64,000 nt of DNA from Acidobacteriota bacterium. GTDB taxonomy: Bacteria > Acidobacteriota > UBA6911. The notes under the pieces are model-generated. The model saw only the letters and a program-made list of their open reading frames with translations, did no database searches and was not told the origin of the DNA. The stretch is taken from assembly GCA_963664705.1 (NCBI GenBank), contig OY761556.1:5696001-5760000 (forward strand), written 5' to 3'. The translations under genes were made by a program, and so were the position numbers. Below are positions 31,394 through 40,469 of this stretch, piece by piece (position 1 is the stretch's first letter; each line of letters opens with the position of its first letter).

Positions 31394-33031
31394 ATGAGGA
31401 AGAAAGGATTGCTGCTATTGCTGGCAGTGGTGGCGCTTGGGGGCTGCGCCAAGATCAAGGTTGTGAAGCTGACACCAGGATTGCCGAAGCCGCCGAGCGC
31501 GAATGGTCTGTTTTATGCGTTGCCGAAGACGATCATGCGCGTGGCTCTGACGGTCGAACAGACGAAGCGCACAGGTGCGCCATTCATTGATTTTGCGCCG
31601 ATCTTCGTTCCCGGCGCCGATGTCGCATGTGAGACGCCAAACTGCGCGAGCGAGAAGATGAAGATATTTGCGTTGAAAAAGGGCGTGACGCTAACGACGT
31701 TTGGCACACCAGACCCGGAGCAGGTCTACATGGTGAATTTCGTGGGGGGCGGCGTGCAAGACCAATCGCTGAGCCTGGCGTGGACCGACACAGGAATTCT
31801 ATCATCGGTGAGTACTTCGGTGACAAACAGGACGACGGACATTGCGGTCTCTCTGGCGAAGCTGAGTGCGGGAGTAGCTTCGAGAGCTGCATTTGGTGCG
31901 GCGAAAGCAGTTGCCATACCCGGTACAGCGACCGCATGTGGAGAGTCCTCTTCCAGGGATCCAGTCTATCTGCCGATCTTGTACGTTCCGTCGATGCTCT
32001 CAAAGCCGGATCAGCCGCCGGCTCCGAATGCTGTGCCCGAATTGGCAGCGAGTTACTGTGCGATCCCGAAAGATGACCGCGAGAAGCTTCCAAATACCGA
32101 AGATGACCTCAATCGGTTGAGAGGCGCCGTCCGTGAATATCTTCAGCAAGTCAAGGATCTGGTAGATGCGCGGAATAACATCCTGTCAGGAACAAGGCAG
32201 GTATTCGAGCCGGTAGAACTCGTGGGTAAGCTGGACGCGATGATCCTAACGCGGTTGAAGGGTCTGTTCCTGGGCTCGGAAAAAACCACGCCGTGGAATA
32301 TCACGATTGACGTGGAACCGCCTGCCGGAGCGCCAGGAATGGTGGAGTTGCTCAAGATCGATCCCGAGAAGGGCGTTTGCGTTGACAACACGAGCCTAGC
32401 ACCTATGTCTGATACTGCGCCGGAAAAGTTCCCGACACTGACGAATGCGCAATGCGTCAATGGGAAACCGGTCACGCTTAAGCTGGCATACTATCCCGCC
32501 GCCGCCCAGCAACTCTTTAACGTGATGAAAACCCGCACAACCGTCCCCACTGATGAGCGGAGCTTCTATTACCGCATCCCGGCGCAAGTGACGGGAGAAG
32601 TCTTCTACATGCAGGCGCTCGAAAAGAAAGGTGCCACAGAGAACGCCTTGCCCGTGGAAGTCTCTTATGGCAAGGCTGTATTAACGGTAGCGCAGTACGG
32701 CGAGATCGCTTCCCTGCCGGCGAAACGCAACAGCAAAACCTTAAGCTATGACTTGGGGATGGTGGAAGCGACGGGCGCGCTGAAGAGCTTCAAGCTCGGT
32801 GTGACCGGCGGAATCGACAGCGCCACCATAGACGCGTTCGCAGGAGCATCCAATGATCTGCTAGATGCACGTAATAAGGCCGAGAAAGCCTCCAAGGAAC
32901 AGCGCCAAAAAGACGAAGAAGCGCAGAGTGAGCTGAACCAACTGAAGAAGCAGGCTGACATCCTTGATCAGCAAGACAAGATCTGCACTCTGCAAACCAA
33001 GTACGGGCTCCCTTGCACCACCAAACCGTGA
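31394..33031 (+). CDS. lipoprotein, DUF4831-like
   Basis: MRKKGLLLLLAVVALGG-C lipobox after AAGGAG; GLFYALPKT, YYRIPA, AQYG motifs; C-terminal coiled coil. Confidence 0.7.
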   Translation: MRKKGLLLLLAVVALGGCAKIKVVKLTPGLPKPPSANGLFYALPKTIMRVALTVEQTKRTGAPFIDFAPIFVPGADVACETPNCASEKMKIFALKKGVTLTTFGTPDPEQVYMVNFVGGGVQDQSLSLAWTDTGILSSVSTSVTNRTTDIAVSLAKLSAGVASRAAFGAAKAVAIPGTATACGESSSRDPVYLPILYVPSMLSKPDQPPAPNAVPELAASYCAIPKDDREKLPNTEDDLNRLRGAVREYLQQVKDLVDARNNILSGTRQVFEPVELVGKLDAMILTRLKGLFLGSEKTTPWNITIDVEPPAGAPGMVELLKIDPEKGVCVDNTSLAPMSDTAPEKFPTLTNAQCVNGKPVTLKLAYYPAAAQQLFNVMKTRTTVPTDERSFYYRIPAQVTGEVFYMQALEKKGATENALPVEVSYGKAVLTVAQYGEIASLPAKRNSKTLSYDLGMVEATGALKSFKLGVTGGIDSATIDAFAGASNDLLDARNKAEKASKEQRQKDEEAQSELNQLKKQADILDQQDKICTLQTKYGLPCTTKP

Positions 33032-33040
33032 GGAAGTGAC

Positions 33041-34120
33041 ATGGCTGATACGAATGAATTGGCAGCCCGTCCGTTGGAGGGAAAAGCGACGGCGGATGTG
33101 CAACGGCGCTTCGAGCCGGACCTGCTGAGCTATCGTAGCGCTGCAGCTTTGGCTGCAGCGCTGGCGAACAAAGTGAAAGACAAGGTTGTCGGGCACGAGG
33201 TCGTCATCGCAGATATGGCGGTGCTCGTCGACTTTGCTAATTTGGAGGCTCTGTATGTTGAGCTGGACGAAATGGCAAATGACTTCACCGCACTTGCCGA
33301 TCTCGCCGATGCGGCAGTTCAGCGGCGTAGAGCGGCGACGCCGCCCACAAAAGGAGCGGTCGTTAGCCTGGAGACATTCGCGCCTTTAGTAGCGGTAACG
33401 GAGGCGACGCCCGCCTTAGCCGCGTTGTCGACCGGCGTTAGCACGGCGCTCGGACTAGTAAGCCTGTTCCGGCAAGATGTCGAATTCGGCGGACGCCAGA
33501 CGACCGTCGATCCCTTGACGTTTGAACTGGCGCTCGCGGGCGCCTTGATCGACAAGGGCGCGAAGCGTGTTGTTGCCGTGGATTTCGAAGTCGCGGCAGC
33601 GAGCAATTCTGCACAATCATTACGCGGCCGGCTGCATGCTGTACACACGGCGCGTGCCAAGGCGTGGACGGCCGTTGCACCGCTTGTCACCACCGTGGCG
33701 AAGTTCGAAGTGGAACTCGACCAAGCAAGCCGCGCAAAGAAGCAGGATGAGGTGAACCGGCTGACCGGAGATTTGGCGCAACTGCGACGCGAAGTGCAGC
33801 CGCTCGCCGATCCCATGTCGCGGCTGGATTCACGCTTGAGCGACCTGGAAAAGAAAGCTATGTCCGTAGACGAGAAAACGGGAATTTCATTGTTCGCACG
33901 CTGGATGAGAGCTGAAGCGATTCGGGAGCGAAACCCTATTTATTTGCATGCGACAGTGGCGTCTTCCGGCGGGGGATTTCAAGTAGCCCGCAGTCTCTGG
34001 CGCACCAAAGCAAAGGTGAAGTCCAGCGGAGGCGTCGTGGTGCGCTGGGCATTGCTTGCAACCAGCGGGGAGATTGCCAATGCCGGCATGCTGGATGCGA
34101 CTGAAGAGTTAGAGATGTAA
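33041..34120 (+). CDS. hypothetical protein (coiled coil plus Gly-rich C-terminal beta region)
   Basis: 359-aa ORF 9 bp after the lipoprotein stop, RBS GAGG. Confidence 0.8.
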   Translation: MADTNELAARPLEGKATADVQRRFEPDLLSYRSAAALAAALANKVKDKVVGHEVVIADMAVLVDFANLEALYVELDEMANDFTALADLADAAVQRRRAATPPTKGAVVSLETFAPLVAVTEATPALAALSTGVSTALGLVSLFRQDVEFGGRQTTVDPLTFELALAGALIDKGAKRVVAVDFEVAAASNSAQSLRGRLHAVHTARAKAWTAVAPLVTTVAKFEVELDQASRAKKQDEVNRLTGDLAQLRREVQPLADPMSRLDSRLSDLEKKAMSVDEKTGISLFARWMRAEAIRERNPIYLHATVASSGGGFQVARSLWRTKAKVKSSGGVVVRWALLATSGEIANAGMLDATEELEM

Positions 34121-34426
34121 GCGGAGTCTTGACGAGATCGGCTGGCCGGGTGCGATATCATGCACGTAAGCGCTTGTAAATCATTGAGAGAGAAGGACAG
34201 GTCATTATCAAGGTGAGTTCATAACCCCAGGTTCAAATTTGAAATTTGTCCACAAAAGCGGCGCTAAAATGATGTCCATTACACCGGGTATTCAAGCCTA
34301 GTTTTTGCCAAAAGTCGGCAGTTTTGAAATTCAACAAAAGGATAGATTGTAAAATATCGTCAGTAGTCAGCGTATATGAATTCGATCCTGATGACATACC
34401 TGATTGCGGATGATTGCAGGAAACGG

Positions 34427-35317
34427 TCAGGCGCGCATCATGGCGTCTTGGATCTGCTTCGCATGCCAGGTTTCTCCAATACCGAATAATAAGGATGCCT
34501 CCGGGAAAGCAGTTTTGGCAAATGCAATTAAATCCTTGATGGAATCATTGGGTCCAGCACCACGGAGTATGTTGAAGACGCCCAATATGCGTTGTGTACT
34601 CGCAACCTGCAACACTCGATCATGGCTGAAGAAGGCTGTGTATTTTCCAAAAGGGATAAAGTGACCAATAATAGGTAACACGCCTAATGCGGGTAGTACC
34701 TCCTCGGTGAAATGAGAAATGCAGATTACTGGTAAAATTGCTGATGCATATTCAAACATCTCATTTAGAATCTCAAAGCGGCCGAGTAGGACAAGCAAAT
34801 CGGCGTAATCTGCTCCAATCATGAATGCATCAGCTAACGGCGCCATTTCAAACAAGCGTTTTGTAAAGCGCTCTTTGTTCAAGCATATAGAAGAAATTTC
34901 TCGTTGGGTTAATGAACATTGTAATGAGTGGCTTCCTGTCCAGCAATGCCGTCTTTCCGGCGCAAGCGGACTCTGGCAAATACGATCAACCATGTGCATC
35001 TTGCGTTCCATAATTGCTGAATACAAACGGTCCCTACTGTGTATAGCTTCGCGCCCTTCGATTTCAACCCCACAACCCCAACTCGGATTTGCCAGCACAA
35101 CGAGGCTTTTGCCGTAAGATGCACGCAATGTGCGAATTGCAGTGACCAATGGAGGATGGAATGAGAAATCGACGGCCTCGAAGCCGGCTTGAATGCTCGC
35201 CTCCAGAATCTTTAGGATTTCCGAATCATCATACATTCTGGAAGGCTCCACAGTCGGCAAAAATGGAACAAATGCATCGGTTCCAATTATGTTACGCGGA
35301 AGGTTAAGGCAGCCCAT
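34427..35317 (-). CDS. hypothetical protein, possible aldo/keto-reductase-like TIM barrel
   Basis: LPRNIIGTDAF...ILKILEASIQAGFEAVD resembles the AKR N-terminus; RBS GGAGG, 10 bp after the upstream stop. Confidence 0.55.
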   Translation of the reverse strand: MGCLNLPRNIIGTDAFVPFLPTVEPSRMYDDSEILKILEASIQAGFEAVDFSFHPPLVTAIRTLRASYGKSLVVLANPSWGCGVEIEGREAIHSRDRLYSAIMERKMHMVDRICQSPLAPERRHCWTGSHSLQCSLTQREISSICLNKERFTKRLFEMAPLADAFMIGADYADLLVLLGRFEILNEMFEYASAILPVICISHFTEEVLPALGVLPIIGHFIPFGKYTAFFSHDRVLQVASTQRILGVFNILRGAGPNDSIKDLIAFAKTAFPEASLLFGIGETWHAKQIQDAMMRA

Positions 35318-35327
35318 ACGGCCTCCA

Positions 35328-37514
35328 CTACTCTAATGAAACACTCATGCCTTGGATGCCAACAGAAAATTCGAAACGCTTTGGAAATGGAATACCCGAA
35401 AACGATAGTCGCTTCAAATTCTGGGCTTTACCGTGGGAAAATACGTCAAAGTTCCAATCATAAAAACTTTTGTCCGCGCTGTGAATATATTCAAACTTGC
35501 ATCTGATAGATTCATCATCGAGGACATTCCCTTCTACGGGACCAAAAAGCATGTCGCTAATCATTGTCTCGTAACCCTTTGGGCCGAGACATGTTCTGCC
35601 CCATTCCTGCATCTCGTCGCATAATATCAGTAACGCACCAAGTGGATTCTCAGTGAATCGAAGAGGAATCGCTGAACGATTTCCAGATATTGTATCAGTG
35701 GCAGATTCTAGGTTGTGAAGCAAGATTGCGCGGGCGGCTTCAAAGAGAATCTTCTCTTGAGTTACTGCCTTTCCGGTAGGCGGATATAATATTGAGGCTG
35801 TATCGAGGAGGTTGAGAGCACTAAGTGCACCGTGATCGTATAACAACTCAAGCGATGTATGTCCAAATCCTTTGTTGGCCAACTCAGCAGGAAAATAGCG
35901 CTGTAAGAGAACCCATATTTCGTTATTGTTGACAGGATTGTCATTAGGCCCGAGAGGAGGAGTTACAATCTTGCGTAGCCTCAATCCCAAAATTTTTCCG
36001 ATGGCATTCTCAACGGCGTCAAAGATACTAGTGGCTGAAGTCCCGAAATGAGTCGAGATTGCATTTAGCCGTGGCGCATGGTTTAGCGCAAACGATACTG
36101 GATAGCAGTGATCATGTAATAACGCGGTATAGGTCCAAGCAGCGTGTACCGCACCGTTCATATCTGGCCAATGTAAGGTATTAGCTACATGTTTCGAAAG
36201 TGGTACGCCATCTCTCATATTAAGTTGGAGAAGGACTAGACCCGCATAGAGCACATTAACGACATGGATATGATGATCTCTGTAACGCTTCGATGTGAAA
36301 TAGCTAAGTACATCGATATCTCGAGACTCATGGGTTAAATCGGCTGCCTTCGTAAAAACGTCATTTTTTGAAGTGGGGATGTGCTTTTTGGTTTCATTGA
36401 GCGCTGCGTCCTGCAATTCAAAATAGAGATCTCGATATTTGAGAGGTTCAGAGCCCACATCGTCGGGAATAGCCCTCTGCGGCATCTGGTAATGACTCCG
36501 CAGAAACTCCATGCATCTGGCAGAACTGAACTCGATGTACGATCCACGGGATTTATTATTCGCATGGGTTCGAGCAAGGCGAAAGGGTTCAAGGGCTCCA
36601 TGAACTGCCTCTGCAATAGCATATGTAAAAGACGGGTGATCAATGTCATCAGGAGTAAGTTGATGTGATTCTCTTATATCATGGGCACCAATTTTGAGTA
36701 TAGGATAGGAACTCAGTATGATGTCTATGAGTGCTTTACACAATGTGGGACCGCTGTGACGCTGAGACTTTGCCAAAGCCTCTTGAATGTCTTTTGCCGT
36801 TGCCGTAATAAGGATTGCTCCTGCACTGTCGTTAGTCATGTACTCTTGGCCATAAGTGTTGGGCACATTTGAAACAAATTTGTATTTCGGCGGGTGACGA
36901 TTGATAAAAGCCACAAGGGCATTGGATAGCTTGTATCTGTAATCGTGGCGCTCCCCAGATATAATGATATGGTCCTTTCCCTGTGACGTTCCTAGCATCG
37001 CAATTATTGCAGTGTTATGCATGGCCATCTCTTCAAAAATTTTGGCTCTCTTCCCCTCTTTGGCGAGAAAGGGTAATAGGGCTTCAACTATTAAAGCGAC
37101 GCGCTCAGGACCGCAGTCTAGGGCTGCGGATAATTCACTGACTAATGCCTTTGTACCTGATGGTGTTATTTGACCTGATGGAACAACGCGAGCAAGGCGA
37201 TCATAAAGTAATTCAAGTTCTGTGAGAAATGGAAGACAGGCTGTGTCTGTAGCGAGTTCTGCTCCGTCTTTTACCTCAAGCGTTATTCCGAGTTGCGATG
37301 CAAAGAATTGTTCAAAGAATAGTTTATACACCCGTGTATTCTTGGGAGACAATCCGCTTCTAGTCCCGTATTGCTGTCGCTCATTAAAAACAATCGTTAA
37401 AGATCCAGGTTTCCCCAAAAGAAGCTTTTTGATCTGCAGAAGTAGCGCAACATGCCCCAAATGAAGCTCATCGAGATCATTGCCGTTAACTGCCCAGAAA
37501 GAATAAACGTTCAT
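35328..37514 (-). CDS. fusion of a divergent TyrRS-like (class Ic aaRS) domain and an HD phosphohydrolase
   Basis: LHLGH..LQIKK, ISGERH, GQEYMTND (KMSKS position), HP...AIAEAVHGALEPFR; then YRDHHIH, LLHD, DHG, LHN, LCDEMQEWGR. Confidence 0.75.
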   Translation of the reverse strand: MNVYSFWAVNGNDLDELHLGHVALLLQIKKLLLGKPGSLTIVFNERQQYGTRSGLSPKNTRVYKLFFEQFFASQLGITLEVKDGAELATDTACLPFLTELELLYDRLARVVPSGQITPSGTKALVSELSAALDCGPERVALIVEALLPFLAKEGKRAKIFEEMAMHNTAIIAMLGTSQGKDHIIISGERHDYRYKLSNALVAFINRHPPKYKFVSNVPNTYGQEYMTNDSAGAILITATAKDIQEALAKSQRHSGPTLCKALIDIILSSYPILKIGAHDIRESHQLTPDDIDHPSFTYAIAEAVHGALEPFRLARTHANNKSRGSYIEFSSARCMEFLRSHYQMPQRAIPDDVGSEPLKYRDLYFELQDAALNETKKHIPTSKNDVFTKAADLTHESRDIDVLSYFTSKRYRDHHIHVVNVLYAGLVLLQLNMRDGVPLSKHVANTLHWPDMNGAVHAAWTYTALLHDHCYPVSFALNHAPRLNAISTHFGTSATSIFDAVENAIGKILGLRLRKIVTPPLGPNDNPVNNNEIWVLLQRYFPAELANKGFGHTSLELLYDHGALSALNLLDTASILYPPTGKAVTQEKILFEAARAILLHNLESATDTISGNRSAIPLRFTENPLGALLILCDEMQEWGRTCLGPKGYETMISDMLFGPVEGNVLDDESIRCKFEYIHSADKSFYDWNFDVFSHGKAQNLKRLSFSGIPFPKRFEFSVGIQGMSVSLE

Positions 37515-38042
37515 ATAGATTCGCTCCGTGTTCGTTCTAGCGCCAAACCTTCCCAAAGTCCGTTAAGTGTTTCTGTGTGATTTGGCGCAGGAGAGACTGC
37601 GTTGAGGGTTAGATGTCGGCACACCCCCTGCGCACTCAATCACGATGGTAATACGTGTAGAAAATACGATTTTCGGATGCCCGAGTATGCTCTGTTGTCA
37701 TTCCGGTAGCAAGTCCTAAATGGATAAAAAATAGATACCAATGGTTGCATTGAGAATGCATTAGGTCGCGCTGCGGCTTGCTGTTACGGGCGATAAGAAA
37801 TATCTAACCAGAATCGATTGGCACACGGTCTGGGTACGTTCGGCAAGACGAGACTCTCAGATATCCAGTAGTAAATTGAGATATAGGATGCAAATTTGAG
37901 AATTTTGAGCTCTAATGGATGATACAAAGTTCGCATTGTTTGCACGAACTAATTGCGATGAAATTTTGCTCAGTACAATATAAACCGAACCGCTCGACTA
38001 ACAAGATGCAGCTTTTGTTTACCCACTTCAAGGAGCTATAAA

Positions 38043-40469
38043 GTGTATAAAAGCACTTGGTTGGCGTGCCAACTTATGGACATTGTCTGCGGCTTGTCTA
38101 GGACTCAGGATCCGCACCCAGGTTACCACACAATCGCTCGGGAAATGGGGCGGTATTGGAAGTTACATCAGGTTTTCCTATTGGTCCGTCGTTTTTACTC
38201 GGGGTGGCGAAGGAATGAACTGAGTTTCTGGGTATACGCAGGCGGTGAAATACTTGAACGCTATCACGGGAATAGGCCCAGTGCGATTGTGGAAATCGCA
38301 TTGACCCAAAGTCATCTTCTAAGTCGACTTGATAGTGTGCAATTAGTGGGAATGAGGCTCGACGAGGACCCCTTTCTCAAGCAGCAATTGTATATGGCAT
38401 GTGCGCCAGCGGCCGATCTCACAGACGAAGTGCAGGGAATACGAATCGACGAACAAGGATATACCATTGGATTCCTGCTTGTCCCGAAAGGTGCTTCCAA
38501 CGTTCTGTTGACAGAGGATACAGAGATCCTTAAACGTTCAGTTAGGCTGGCTTTTGAAAGGACATCCAGCGCTTATGCGGAAAATGAACAGCTTTGCAAT
38601 TCCCTTTCGGCAATTGCTGGGCAACTCTTCAGAAACTGCAGCGATACATCTTCACTCGAATTTGGCAGCAGCCGCGAGCCAAGAAGTGATGACGTCCTCC
38701 AGGAATTCCTTGATTACACGCGTACTACGATGAAAGCGCAAAGGTGTGCGCTGTTTCTGGTGGATGAGCGAGAGAATAGTCTTACTTTGGAACGCATTTC
38801 CGAGCAAACTGATAGCGAAAACAAGCTCCATTACGAGGAGATACCGCATATACCTTCATATGATCTTGTGAATTACAGTTCAGAAAAGCGAGGACAAGGA
38901 GTGACTCCTTGGGTTCTCTACCGTAAGGAGCCATTCAATGCGCGTAGCTATGAAGAGTTGATAAGCAATTCCGAAGGCCATCATAAAGGAAATTGGGATG
39001 ATCTCATTTATGGCGGCAAAGACAAGGCGAGAAACGACTTCAAGTGTGTCTATATGACACCACTCCTTGCTGGCGCTAAGGCTATTGGCGTCCTTAAGTG
39101 CGAGAATCGCACGCTTGAGGCGCCCTATCCATTTTTCGATCAGACAGATGAGCGCCAAATCAATAGTTTGGCGGGCGTTCTTGTGAACCTTGTTGTATCT
39201 CAACGCATTGAACGCAGGCGCTACGACAGAGCCTTACCAGCCATATCTGAAATCCTTCTGAGGGATTTCGGTCAATCCCAATTGTTCAAAAGCCTTTTGA
39301 GTGAATGCCGCAGCCGGCTACACGCCGATCTCTGCTCGCTGTTCGTCACAAGCGGTGGCGATCTTGTTTTGCGCGCCATTGTGGGGTTGGACAAAGACAA
39401 AGAGGCACGCCTCCTTGACTTCCGGTATGAAAACTACCGGACTTCCGATGGACTTACGTGCTTGGTCCTCAGACAACACAAGTCATTTAATATGCGATCT
39501 TATAAAGATCTAGCTGATCGTGCAGAACGCAAAGGCCCGGGCAAGTGGGACGACATCGTCTATGATGGAAATGCAGCCGTGATGTTCAAATCGCTTTATT
39601 CTATTCCACTCCGGATTGGCGAGGAGGATGTTGGTGTATTGAAAGTTGAGAACAAGAACGTTGCGCCCTTTTACTTCACAGAGAGCGATGAGCGCCTATT
39701 TGATTTGATCGGACGGCTCATTGCGATCGGCGTCAAATATGATAACGAGGCTTATCTAGGACTTATGCTGCGGGCGGCCGAAATGGGATTCCTTGCCTCC
39801 GGAATTGCCCACGAATTCAACACATATTTGCAAAGTATTCAAGGTATCTCAGACGTGATTGGGTTGGATGCCGAGGGGAATATCCGTCGGCAAGTCAACA
39901 AATTATCGCGGCAGATCAAATTAGCGGCGAAGACGATTGATAATTTTCGTATGATTCGAGATCGCAAGCAAGAGGTGGAAACTTTTCCTATCGACCAACG
40001 TGTAGACGAGATTGTCAAGATCGTTGATGAACGTTTTCGAAACAACCAGATTGAGCTGGAATATCAGAAAAATCACTTCGAAGTCACGATGAATTCAAGC
40101 GAATTTCAGACCATACTCATCAACCTATTGCGCAATGCGCACGACGCTATTGTCGAAACGAAGCGTCCGGGCAAAGTATATTTGGCTGTCAGGGAGAGTG
40201 GAGAGGGCCGATTCATAATCGAAGTGGCTGATACCGGTACAGGATTTGACCGTGACAAGATGCAATATCTCGGTGCTCCTTATTATACAACCAAGAGTGC
40301 TGCCGGTGGGACGGGAATGGGGTTATTCTGGATCTACCGAATCGTGGAGCGAAATAGGGGTGAGATTGATCCTGTTGCGAATAATCAATTCGGAGGGGCG
40401 ACGATTCGAGTCACACTTCCCAAACACTGCGGGGCAAACGACCACGCAAATCCTGGAGGTAAGCGATGA
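38043..40469 (+). CDS. cytoplasmic sensor histidine kinase with two GAF domains
   Basis: H-box GIAHEFN, N-box NLLRNAHDA, G1 DTGTG, YYTTK, G2 GTGMGL; two homologous GAF repeats; RBS AGGAG. Confidence 0.9.
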   Translation: MYKSTWLACQLMDIVCGLSRTQDPHPGYHTIAREMGRYWKLHQVFLLVRRFYSGWRRNELSFWVYAGGEILERYHGNRPSAIVEIALTQSHLLSRLDSVQLVGMRLDEDPFLKQQLYMACAPAADLTDEVQGIRIDEQGYTIGFLLVPKGASNVLLTEDTEILKRSVRLAFERTSSAYAENEQLCNSLSAIAGQLFRNCSDTSSLEFGSSREPRSDDVLQEFLDYTRTTMKAQRCALFLVDERENSLTLERISEQTDSENKLHYEEIPHIPSYDLVNYSSEKRGQGVTPWVLYRKEPFNARSYEELISNSEGHHKGNWDDLIYGGKDKARNDFKCVYMTPLLAGAKAIGVLKCENRTLEAPYPFFDQTDERQINSLAGVLVNLVVSQRIERRRYDRALPAISEILLRDFGQSQLFKSLLSECRSRLHADLCSLFVTSGGDLVLRAIVGLDKDKEARLLDFRYENYRTSDGLTCLVLRQHKSFNMRSYKDLADRAERKGPGKWDDIVYDGNAAVMFKSLYSIPLRIGEEDVGVLKVENKNVAPFYFTESDERLFDLIGRLIAIGVKYDNEAYLGLMLRAAEMGFLASGIAHEFNTYLQSIQGISDVIGLDAEGNIRRQVNKLSRQIKLAAKTIDNFRMIRDRKQEVETFPIDQRVDEIVKIVDERFRNNQIELEYQKNHFEVTMNSSEFQTILINLLRNAHDAIVETKRPGKVYLAVRESGEGRFIIEVADTGTGFDRDKMQYLGAPYYTTKSAAGGTGMGLFWIYRIVERNRGEIDPVANNQFGGATIRVTLPKHCGANDHANPGGKR

